Virus genome (UHGV): UHGV-0284478
Length of the DNA stretch: 14,468 bases
Reading direction: 5' to 3' (one strand)
From: a virus
The translations under genes and the position numbers were made by a program. Below are positions 6,930 through 14,468 of the stretch, piece after piece; positions within the stretch are counted from its first letter, which is position 1; every line of letters begins with the position of its first letter. The notes under the pieces are model-generated. The model worked only from the letters and a program-made list of their open reading frames with translations, was not told the DNA's origin and made no database searches.

Positions 6930-9495
6930 ACCGGTAGGCGATCTGGTCGTTGATTTAAGTCTGGATGCGGCCAGATTTGACGAGCAGATGGCCAGAGTCA
7001 GGCGTCATTTTTCCGGTACGGAAAGTGATGCGAAAAAAACAGCGGCAGTCGTTGAACAGTCGATGAACCGGCAGGCGCTGGCTGCACAGAAAGCGGGAAT
7101 TTCCGTCGGGCAGTATAAAGCCGCCATGCGTATGCTGCCTGCGCAGTTCACTGACGTGGCCACGCAGCTTGCAGGCGGGCAAAGTCCGTGGCTGATCCTG
7201 CTGCAACAGGGGGGGCAGGTGAAGGACTCCTTCGGCGGGATGATCCCCATGTTCAGGGGGCTTGCCGGTGCGATCACCCTGCCGATGGTCGGGGTCACCT
7301 CGCTGGCGGTGGCGACAGGTGCGCTGGTGTACGCCTGGTACCAGGGAGATTCCACGCTTTCAGCGTTTAATAAAACCCTGGTTCTTTCCGGTAATCAGTC
7401 CGGACTGACTGCCGATCGTATGCTGACTCTCTCAAGAGCCGGGCAGGCAGCAGGGCTGACGTTTAACCAGGCGAGAGAGTCACTGGCAGCCCTGGTGAAT
7501 GCCGGTGTGCGTGGTGGTGAACAGTTTGATGCCATCAACCAGAGTGTCGCGCGTTTTGCGTCTGCATCCGGTGTGGAGGTGGATAAAGTCGCTGAAGCCT
7601 TCGGGAAGCTGACCACTGACCCGACGTCGGGACTGATGGCGATGGCGCGCCAGTTCCGTAACGTGACGGCAGAGCAGATTGCGTATGTTGCACAGCTGCA
7701 GCGTTCCGGAGACGAGGCCGGGGCATTGCAGGCGGCGAACGATATCGCCACGAAAGGCTTTGATGAGCAGACCCGTCGCCTGAAAGAAAACATGGGAACA
7801 CTGGAGACCTGGGCGGATAAAACAGGGAAGGCATTCAAATCGATGTGGGATGCCATTCTGGATATCGGTCGTCCTGAATCCTCAGCGGATATGCTCGCCA
7901 GTGCGCAGAAGGCATTTGATGAGGCGGATAAAAAATGGCAGTGGTACCAGAGCCGGAGCCAGCGCCGGGGAAAGACCTCCTCTTTTCGTGCGAACCTTCA
8001 GGGGGCATGGGATGACCGGGAAAATGCCCGTCTGGGTCTGGCAGCGGCCACGCTGCAGTCGGATATGGAAAAAGCCGGTGAACTGGCGGCAAGGGACCGG
8101 GCTGAGCGTGAGGCGTCACAGCTGAAGTATACCGGAGAGGCGCAGAAGGCGTATGAGCGCCTGCAGACGCCGCTGGATAAATATACCGCCCGTCAGAAAG
8201 AGCTGAATAAGGCCCTGAAAGACGGAAAAATCCTGCAGGCGGATTACAACACGCTGATGGCGTCGGCAAAAAAGGATTATGAATCGACGCTGAAAAAGCC
8301 GTCAGGTGTGAAGGTGTCTGCCGGTGAGCGCCAGGAAGACCGGGCGCATGCAGCCATGCTGGCGCTTGAAACCGAGCTCAGGACGCTGGAAAAACACAGC
8401 GGTGTGAATGAGAAAATCAGCCAGCAGCGCCGGGATTTATGGGAAGCGGAAAATCAGTATGTGGTCCTGAAAGAGGCCGCCACGAAACGGCAGTTATCTG
8501 AGCAGGAAAAATCCCTGCTGGCCCATGAGAAAGAAACGCTGGAGTACAAACGCCAGCTTGCTGAGCTGGGCGACAAGATTGAACACCAGAAACGGCTGAA
8601 TGAGCTGGCACAGCAGGCGGCGCGGTTTGAACAGCAGCAGAGCGCGAAGCAGGCGGCAATCAGCGCAAAAGCCCGCGGCCTCACTGACCGTCAGGCGCAG
8701 CGGGAGTCGGAAGAGCAGCGCCTTCGTGAGGTGTACGGTGATAATCCGGCTGCGCTGGCGAAGGCCACATCTGCACTGAAGAACACCTGGTCTGCGGAGG
8801 AGCAGCTTCGTGGAAGCTGGATGGCCGGGATGAAGTCCGGCTGGGGCGAGTGGGCGGAAAGTGCGACGGACAGTTTTTCGCAGGTTAAAAACGCGGCCAC
8901 GCAGACCTTTGACGGTATTGCACAGAATATGGCAGCGATGCTGACCGGCAGCGAACAGAACTGGCGTGGTTTCACCCGTTCTGTGCTGTCCATGCTGACA
9001 GAGATTTTTCTGAAGCAGGCGATGGTGGGGATAGTCGGGAGTATCGGCAGCGCCATTGGCGGGGCTGTTGGTGGCGGCGCATCCGCGTCAGGCGGTACAG
9101 CCATTCAGGCTGCGGCGGCGAACTTCCATTTCGCGACCGGGGGATTTACGGGGACGGGGGGTAAATATGAACCTGCGGGGATTGTTCATCGCGGGGAGTT
9201 TGTCTTCACGAAGGAGGCGACCAGCCGGATTGGTGTCGGCAATCTGTACCGCCTGATGCGGGGCTATGCGGAAGGTGGTTATGTCGGCGGTGCCGGAAGT
9301 CCGGCGCAGATGCGGCGGGCGGAAGGCATTAATTTTAATCAGAACAATCACGTGGTGATTCAGAACGACGGCCCCAACGGGCGGGCAGGGCCGCAGCTGA
9401 TGAAAGCGGTGTATGAGATGGCCCGCAAGGGGGCACAGGATGAACTCCGGCTGCAGTTGCGTGATGGCGGTATGTTATCAGGGAGCGGTGGATGA
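6922..9495 (+). CDS. H: Tail tape measure protein H (857 aa)
   Basis: N-terminus MAEPVGDLVVDLSLDAARFDEQMARVRRHFSGTESDAKKTAAVVEQS… and the Gly-rich hydrophobic C-terminal segment (GIVGSIGSAIGGAVGGGASASGG…) are recognisable as lambda gpH; position between G-T and M; ATGA overlap with M. Confidence 0.92.
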   Translation: MAEPVGDLVVDLSLDAARFDEQMARVRRHFSGTESDAKKTAAVVEQSMNRQALAAQKAGISVGQYKAAMRMLPAQFTDVATQLAGGQSPWLILLQQGGQVKDSFGGMIPMFRGLAGAITLPMVGVTSLAVATGALVYAWYQGDSTLSAFNKTLVLSGNQSGLTADRMLTLSRAGQAAGLTFNQARESLAALVNAGVRGGEQFDAINQSVARFASASGVEVDKVAEAFGKLTTDPTSGLMAMARQFRNVTAEQIAYVAQLQRSGDEAGALQAANDIATKGFDEQTRRLKENMGTLETWADKTGKAFKSMWDAILDIGRPESSADMLASAQKAFDEADKKWQWYQSRSQRRGKTSSFRANLQGAWDDRENARLGLAAATLQSDMEKAGELAARDRAEREASQLKYTGEAQKAYERLQTPLDKYTARQKELNKALKDGKILQADYNTLMASAKKDYESTLKKPSGVKVSAGERQEDRAHAAMLALETELRTLEKHSGVNEKISQQRRDLWEAENQYVVLKEAATKRQLSEQEKSLLAHEKETLEYKRQLAELGDKIEHQKRLNELAQQAARFEQQQSAKQAAISAKARGLTDRQAQRESEEQRLREVYGDNPAALAKATSALKNTWSAEEQLRGSWMAGMKSGWGEWAESATDSFSQVKNAATQTFDGIAQNMAAMLTGSEQNWRGFTRSVLSMLTEIFLKQAMVGIVGSIGSAIGGAVGGGASASGGTAIQAAAANFHFATGGFTGTGGKYEPAGIVHRGEFVFTKEATSRIGVGNLYRLMRGYAEGGYVGGAGSPAQMRRAEGINFNQNNHVVIQNDGPNGRAGPQLMKAVYEMARKGAQDELRLQLRDGGMLSGSGG

Positions 9496-9821
9496 AAACC
9501 TTTCGCTGGAAAGTGAAGCCGGATATGGAGGTGAACTCGCAGCCATCGGTGCGTGAAGTGCGTTTTGGTGACGGGTACTCACAGCGTATGGCGGCAGGGC
9601 TGAATGCTGACCTGAAAACATACAGGGTGACGCTTTCCGTGACCCGGGAGGAGGCCCGGCATCTGGAAGCGTTCCTGGCAGAGCACGGTGGCTGGAAGGC
9701 ATTTTTGTGGAAGCCACCCTATGCATACCGGCAGATAAAGGTGACCTGTGCCGGGTGGTCTGCGCGGGTCGGGATGTTGCGCGTTGAGTTCAGCGCGGAG
9801 TTTAAGCAGGTGGTGAACTGA
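9492..9821 (+). CDS. M: Tail tip protein M
   Basis: 109-aa ORF (same length as lambda gpM) directly after H with ATGA overlap; lambda gene order. Confidence 0.85.
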   Translation: MKTFRWKVKPDMEVNSQPSVREVRFGDGYSQRMAAGLNADLKTYRVTLSVTREEARHLEAFLAEHGGWKAFLWKPPYAYRQIKVTCAGWSARVGMLRVEFSAEFKQVVN

Positions 9822-10519
9822 TGCAGGATATTCGAGAAGAAAGTCTGAACGAGTCGGTTAAGTCAGAGCAGTCACCGCGGGTGGTACTCTGGGAAATCGA
9901 CCTGACGGTACAGGGTGGTGAGCGGTATTTTTTCTGTAATGAGCTGAATGAAAAAGGGGAGCCGGTCACCTGGCAGGGGCGTAAGTATGAGGCATACCCG
10001 ATTGACGGCAGCGGCTTTGAGATGAACGGCCGGGGCAGCAGTGCCAGACCGTCGCTGACGGTGTCCAATCTGTTCGGTCTGGTCACCGGGATGGCGGAAG
10101 ACCTGCAGAGTCTGGTGGGGGCCACGGTGGTCCGCCGCCGGGTGTATGCCCGTTTTCTGGATGCGGTGAATTTCGTTGCGGGCAATCCGGAGGCGGACCC
10201 GGAGCAGGAGCTGAGTGACCGCTGGGTGGTGGAGCAGATGTCGCAGCTGACAGCCATGACGGCCTCGTTTGTGCTGGCTACACCGACCGAGACGGACGGG
10301 GCGCTGTTTCCCGGTCGCATCATGCTGGCGAACACCTGTATGTGGGATTACCGGGGAGATGAATGCGGGTATAACGGTCCTGCGGTGGCGGATGAGTTCG
10401 ACAACCCCACCACGGATATCCGTAAGGACAGATGCAGCAAGTGCATGCGCGGGTGTGAACTGCGCAGGAATGTCGGCAATTTTGGCGGTTTCCTTTCCAT
10501 TAATAAACTTTCGCAGTAA
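9821..10519 (+). CDS. L: Tail tip protein L (C-terminal cysteine cluster)
   Basis: 232-aa ORF (same length as lambda gpL); TGATG overlap with M; C-terminal cysteines (CMWDYRGDECGY … CSKCMRGC) consistent with the Fe-S-binding tail of gpL; lambda gene order. Confidence 0.85.
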   Translation: MQDIREESLNESVKSEQSPRVVLWEIDLTVQGGERYFFCNELNEKGEPVTWQGRKYEAYPIDGSGFEMNGRGSSARPSLTVSNLFGLVTGMAEDLQSLVGATVVRRRVYARFLDAVNFVAGNPEADPEQELSDRWVVEQMSQLTAMTASFVLATPTETDGALFPGRIMLANTCMWDYRGDECGYNGPAVADEFDNPTTDIRKDRCSKCMRGCELRRNVGNFGGFLSINKLSQ

Positions 10520-10529
10520 ATCCCGGTTT

Positions 10530-11273
10530 ATGACACAGACTGAATCAGCGATTCTGGCGCATGCCCGGCGGTGTGCGCCTGCGGAGTCGTGCGGCTTCGT
10601 GATAAGCACGCCGGAGGGGGAGTGGTATATCCCTTGTGTGAATATTTCTGCAGAGCCGGAGGCGTATTTTCGTATCGCACCGGAAGACTGGCTGCGGGCA
10701 GAGATGCAGGGGGAGATTGTGGCACTGGTCCACAGTCATCCCGGTGGGCTGCCCTGGCTGAGCGAGGCTGACCGGCGGCTGCAGATAAAAAGCGCACTGC
10801 CCTGGTGGCTGGTCTGCCGGGGTGACATTCACAAATTCCGCTGCGTGCCGCACCTGACGGGACGGCGCTTTGAGCACGGGGTGACGGACTGTTACACCCT
10901 GTTCCGGGATGCATACCATCTGGCGGGGACTGAAATGCCGGATTTTCATCGCGAGGATGACTGGTGGCGCCACGGTCAGAACCTTTACCTGGACAATATG
11001 GCGGTCACCGGCTTTTACCGGGTGCCCCTGTCCTCTGCACAGGCGGGCGATATTCTGCTGTGCTGCTTTGGTGCTTCGGTACCGAACCATGCCGCCATTT
11101 ACTGCGGCAACGGTGAGCTGCTTCACCATCTGCCTGAACAACTGAGTAAACGGGAGAGGTATTCCGAAAAATGGCAACGACGAACGCATTCTGTCTGGCG
11201 TCACCGCCACTGGCACGCATCTGCCTTCACGGGGATTTGCAACGATTTGGCCGCCGCCTCAGCCTGTATGTGA
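10530..11273 (+). CDS. K: Tail tip assembly protein K (JAB/MPN metallo-isopeptidase motif followed by an NlpC/P60-like region)
   Basis: Translation MTQTESAILAHARRCAPAESCGFVISTPEGEWYIPCVNIS… is recognisable as lambda gpK; contains the JAMM-type motif HSHPGGLPWLSEAD (HxH-x7-S-x2-D) with a Glu about 50 residues upstream; ATG at 10530 is the first in-frame ATG after the L stop. Confidence 0.85.
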   Translation: MTQTESAILAHARRCAPAESCGFVISTPEGEWYIPCVNISAEPEAYFRIAPEDWLRAEMQGEIVALVHSHPGGLPWLSEADRRLQIKSALPWWLVCRGDIHKFRCVPHLTGRRFEHGVTDCYTLFRDAYHLAGTEMPDFHREDDWWRHGQNLYLDNMAVTGFYRVPLSSAQAGDILLCCFGASVPNHAAIYCGNGELLHHLPEQLSKRERYSEKWQRRTHSVWRHRHWHASAFTGICNDLAAASACM

Positions 11274-11851
11274 ACACGGCAGCGGAAGCCATTCGCGCCC
11301 TGTCGATGCAGATGCCGGGCTTTCGCCGTCAGATGAACGAAGGCTGGTACCAGATACGTATTGCCGGTGATGACACGGCACCGGAGGCGGTGTATGCCCG
11401 TCTTCACGAACAGCTGGGTGAGGGAACGGTCATCCACATTGTGCCGCGACTGGCCGGGGCCGGAAAGGGTGGACTGCAGATTGTGCTGGGGGCGGCAGCC
11501 ATCGTGGGCTCTTTCTTCACGGCCGGAGGCTCGATGGCGTTATGGGGTACAGCCCTGAGTGCCGGTGGTTTTTCTGCCACCACGATGCTGTTTTCACTGG
11601 GTGCCAGCATGATACTGGGCGGAGTGGCCCAGATGCTGGCCCCGAAGGCAAAAACACCGGATTACCGCGCAACGGATAACGGCAGACAGAACACGTACTT
11701 TTCCTCGCTGGATAACATGATTGCCCAGGGGAACCCGATGCCGGTGCCTTACGGGGAAATGCTGGTTGGCTCCCGCCGTATATCCCAGGACATCAGCACC
11801 CGTGATGAAGGCGGGGGCGGAAAGGTCGTGGTTATCGGGCGGCAGGGGTAA
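11171..11851 (+). CDS. I: Tail tip assembly protein I
   Basis: 226-aa translation (…ARICLHGDLQRFGRRLSLYVNTAAEAIRAL … GNPMPVPYGEMLVGSRRISQDISTRDEGGGGKVVVIGRQG) is recognisable as lambda gpI; overlaps the 3' end of K by 103 nt in another frame, as in lambda. Confidence 0.88.
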   Translation: MATTNAFCLASPPLARICLHGDLQRFGRRLSLYVNTAAEAIRALSMQMPGFRRQMNEGWYQIRIAGDDTAPEAVYARLHEQLGEGTVIHIVPRLAGAGKGGLQIVLGAAAIVGSFFTAGGSMALWGTALSAGGFSATTMLFSLGASMILGGVAQMLAPKAKTPDYRATDNGRQNTYFSSLDNMIAQGNPMPVPYGEMLVGSRRISQDISTRDEGGGGKVVVIGRQG

Positions 11852-11856
11852 AAAGA

Positions 11857-11896
11857 ATAAAAAAATCCCGCAGTGATCGCGGACAGGAACTGCGGG
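11857..11896 (-). terminator. Intrinsic (rho-independent) terminator on the minus strand, convergent with the end of I
   Basis: Minus-strand RNA would read CCCGCAG-(16-nt loop)-CUGCGGG then A-UUUUUUU-AUUCUUUU; stem arms at 11867-11873 and 11890-11896, U-tract complementary to the A-run at 11856-11866 on the + strand. Confidence 0.5.
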
Positions 11897-11955
11897 AGAG
11901 TTACGAAGATTAAGTGTAAGGAATTATTCTTATATCACGACAAAAAAATTAACGC
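11857..11955 (-). ncRNA. Candidate ~100-nt small RNA (moron-like), from the predicted sigma70 promoter to the minus-strand intrinsic terminator
   Basis: Promoter and terminator are in the correct order and spacing on the minus strand; the interval has no ORF with a ribosome-binding site; it lies in an AT-rich island between I and J. Transcript ends are predictions only. Confidence 0.3.
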
Positions 11956-11961
11956 AGAGAA

Positions 11962-11989
11962 ATTATACGCGCCACAGTCAGTGTGTGAA
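11962..11989 (-). promoter_or_regulatory. Sigma70-type promoter on the minus strand: -35 TTCACA, 16-bp spacer, -10 TATAAT
   Basis: Reverse complement of 11984-11989 is TTCACA (5/6 match to TTGACA); reverse complement of 11962-11967 is TATAAT (6/6); spacer is 16 bp; predicted start near 11953-11955. Confidence 0.4.
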
Positions 11990-12062
11990 AATGTGAAGAT
12001 ATTCAGAATTTTTATGCCATTACCGGTTTTAACCAACAGGATTATCGGTGGGCATGAAAGAA

Positions 12063-12097
12063 AACCCCGGTATCTGCTGATACCGGGGTTTCTCTTT
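12063..12097. terminator. Strong 12-bp hairpin with T-rich tracts on both sides (bidirectional terminator-like element) within the I-J island
   Basis: AACCCCGGTATC (12063-12074) / TGCT loop / GATACCGGGGTT (12079-12090); + strand then reads TCTCTTT; on the minus strand the stem is followed by TTTTCTTTC. Confidence 0.45.
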
Positions 12098-12194
12098 AGC
12101 ATGGCAGAAATGTGTTTCATGCTTTTCGGGCGAAGGATATCCGACTTCTGTACGGAATGGCAAGTGGCGGTTAATTTATTCAGGGGAAGGCTGT

Positions 12195-14353
12195 ATGGGA
12201 AAAGGTGGCGGTAAGGCACACACGCCTCGTGAGGCGAAGGATAATCTCAAATCCACGCAGATGATGAGTGTGATTGATGCGATTGGTGAGGGACCGATAG
12301 AAGGTCCGGTGAAGGGACTGCAGAGTATTCTGGTGAACAAAACCCCGCTGACGGACACGGACGGTAATCCCGTGATACACGGTGTGACCGCGGTCTGGCG
12401 TGCCGGGGAGCAGGAGCAGACACCACCGGAAGGCTTTGAGTCCTCCGGAGCTGAAACCGGACTGGGCGTGGAAGTGACGAAGGCAAAATCGGTGACGCGC
12501 ACCATTACGTCCGCGAACATTGACCGCCTGCGGGTTACCTTCGGGGTGCAGTCACTGGTGGAGACCACCTCAAAGGGTGACCGTAACCCGGCAACCGTCC
12601 GCCTGCTGATTCAGTTACAGCGTAACGGTAACTGGGTGACAGAAAAGGACGTCACCATTAACGGCAAGACCACCTCACAGTTCCTGGCCTCGGTGATTCT
12701 GGATAATCTGCCTCCCCGGCCCTTTAACATCCGGATGGTCAGGGAGACGGCGGACAGCACCACGGACCAGCTGCAGAATAAGACGCTGTGGTCGTCATAC
12801 ACCGAAATCATCGATGTGAAACAGTGCTACCCGAACACGGCCATTGTGGGGCTGCAGGTGGATGCGGAGCAGTTCGGCGGCCAGCAGATGACGGTGAACT
12901 ACCATATCCGCGGTCGTATCATCCAGGTGCCGTCAAACTATGACCCGGAAAAACGCACGTACAGTGGTATCTGGGACGGCAGTCTGAAACCGGCATACAG
13001 CAACAACCCGGCCTGGTGCCTGTGGGACATGCTGACTCACCCGCGCTACGGCATGGGAAAACGTCTGGGGGCGGCGGATGTGGACAAGTGGGCGCTGTAT
13101 GCCATCGGGCAGTACTGCGATCAGACGGTCCCGGATGGTTTCGGGGGGACCGAGCCGCGGATGACCTTTAATGCGTACCTGGCACAACAGCGTAAGGCGT
13201 GGGACGTTCTCAGTGATTTCTGCTCTGCGATGCGCTGTATGCCGGTATGGAACGGTCAGACGCTGACGTTCGTTCAGGACCGCCCGTCGGATGTGGTGTG
13301 GCCGTACACCAACAGCGATGTGGTGGTGGATGATAACGGCGTGGGATTCCGCTACAGCTTCAGTGCCCTGAAGGACCGGCACACGGCGGTGGAGGTGAAT
13401 TACACCGACCCGCAGAACGGCTGGCAGACCTCCACGGAACTGGTGGAAGACCCGGAAGCCATACTGCGCTACGGACGCAACCTGCTGAAGATGGACGCGT
13501 TCGGCTGTACCAGCCGCGGTCAGGCCCACCGTGCCGGACTGTGGGTGATAAAGACCGAACTGCTGGAAACGCAGACGGTGGATTTCACGCTCGGGTCTCA
13601 GGGGCTGCGGCACACACCCGGTGACATCATTGAAATCTGTGATAACGACTATGCCGGGATCCTGACCGGCGGACGTGTCCTGTCCATTGATGCTGCCACC
13701 CGCACCCTGACGCTGGACCGTGAAGTGACACTTCCGGAGACCGGTGCCGCCACGGTGAACCTGATTAACGGCAGCGGTAAGCCAGTGAGTGTGGACATCA
13801 CCGAACACCCCGCGCCGGACCGGATACAGGTCAGTACCCTGCCTGATGGTGTGGAGACATACGGGGTGTGGGGACTCTCCCTGCCGTCACTGCGCCGTCG
13901 CCTGTTCCGCTGTGTCTCCGTCCGGGAAAACACGGACGGCACCTTTGCCATCACGGCGGTGCAGCACGTACCGGAAAAAGAAGCCATCGTGGATAACGGT
14001 GCCCGCTTTGAGCCGCAGTCAGGTTCCCTGAACAGCGTCATCCCACCGGCAGTGCAGCACCTGACGGTGGAGGTGAGCGCAACTGACGGCCAGTATCTGG
14101 CGCAGGCGAAATGGGACACGCCGCGGGTGGTGAAGGGTGTGCGCTTCAGTCTGCGCCTGACCAGTGGTAAGGGAACGGATGCCAGACTGGTGACCACCGC
14201 CATCACCGCAGACACGGAGCACCGTTTCAGCGGCCTGCCGCTCGGGGAATACACCCTGACGGTGCGGGCGATAAACAGCTATGGCCAGCAGGGTGAACCT
14301 GCCACCACCACCTTCCGGATTGCCGCACCGGCAGCACCGTCGCGGATTGAGCT
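12195..14353 (+). CDS. J: Host specificity / central tail fibre protein J, N-terminal ~720 codons; 3' portion absent and replaced by an inverted duplication
   Basis: Translation MGKGGGKAHTPREAKDNLKSTQMMSVIDAIGEGPIEGPV … through …TFRIAAPAAPSRIEL is recognisable as lambda gpJ; the frame stays open to the window end but after ~14353 the sequence is the reverse complement of upstream J sequence, so the apparent C-terminus is not genuine J. Confidence 0.85.
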
Positions 14354-14468
14354 GCCGGTGCGGCAATCCGGAAGGTGGTGGTGGCAGGTTCACCCTGCTG
14401 GCCATAGCTGTTTATCGCCCGCACCGTCAGGGTGTATTCCCCGAGCGGCAGGCCGCTGAAACGGTGCT
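14218..14468. repeat. Perfect inverted repeat: arm 14218-14335 is the reverse complement of arm 14351-14468, with a 15-bp spacer (14336-14350)
   Basis: Checked by hand over the full 118 bp of each arm; the right arm runs into the window edge, so the true arm length is unknown. The minus-strand ORF 14227-14424 encodes the same peptide as J for this reason. Confidence 0.9.

Noticed and set aside
9872-10609. 245-aa minus-strand ORF
   Set aside because: Entirely antisense to L and K; Arg/His-rich, low-complexity translation typical of spurious ORFs in GC-rich coding DNA.
10545-11216. 223-aa minus-strand ORF
   Set aside because: Antisense to K and I; composition artefact.
11843-12193. Short CAGGGG motif at both edges of the I-J island, considered as a possible target-site duplication
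   Set aside because: Only 6-7 nt, with no terminal inverted repeats; consistent with chance.
11873-12214. 113-aa plus-strand ORF spanning the I-J island
   Set aside because: Starts inside a hairpin, reads straight through the 12-bp terminator-like stem, has no ribosome-binding site and an implausible composition; the island is better explained as non-coding.
11935-12219. 94-aa minus-strand ORF in the I-J island
   Set aside because: Would initiate inside the J start region, has no ribosome-binding site, and crosses the predicted promoter and hairpin; not credible as a protein gene.
12933-13808. 291-aa minus-strand ORF
   Set aside because: Antisense to well-conserved J coding sequence; no homology signal or ribosome-binding site.
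13649-14254. 201-aa minus-strand ORF
   Set aside because: Antisense to J; composition artefact.
14227-14424. 65-aa minus-strand ORF encoding a J-like peptide
   Set aside because: It is the mirror image of J created by the inverted duplication, not an independent gene.
14218-14468. Invertible tail-fibre switch (Gin/Cin-type) as an explanation for the inverted repeat
   Set aside because: Such systems use short inverted repeats flanking a segment near the fibre C-terminus with an adjacent recombinase gene; here the arms are long, perfect, separated by only 15 bp and no recombinase is present, so an artefact is more likely.
1-14468. CRISPR arrays, tRNA genes, integrase or attachment sites
   Set aside because: No spaced direct repeats, tRNA-like structures or recombinase ORFs were seen; the window lies wholly within the late structural operon.

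Overview
The window is almost entirely a lambda-type (lambdoid siphovirus or prophage) virion morphogenesis module, all on the + strand in canonical lambda order: portal C-terminus (B), prohead protease C with nested scaffold Nu3, decoration protein D, major capsid E, FI, FII, Z, U, major tail V, chaperones G and G-T, tape measure H, M, L, K, I and the first ~2.1 kb of host-specificity gene J. Gene calls rest on recognising the translated ORFs as close homologues of phage lambda proteins from memory, plus gene order, lengths, start/stop overlaps and ribosome-binding sites; no database search was run. Two things are not explained by the canonical module. First, a ~340-bp AT-rich island sits between I and J, where the genes are close together in lambda; on the minus strand it carries a near-consensus sigma70 promoter followed ~100 nt later by an intrinsic terminator, so it is a candidate moron-type small RNA locus, and it also holds a second, bidirectional hairpin. 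Second, the window ends in a perfect inverted duplication (118-bp arms, 15-bp spacer) that replaces the 3' part of J; this is more likely a fold-back assembly artefact than biology. Everything else is an ordinary, well-understood late-gene region.
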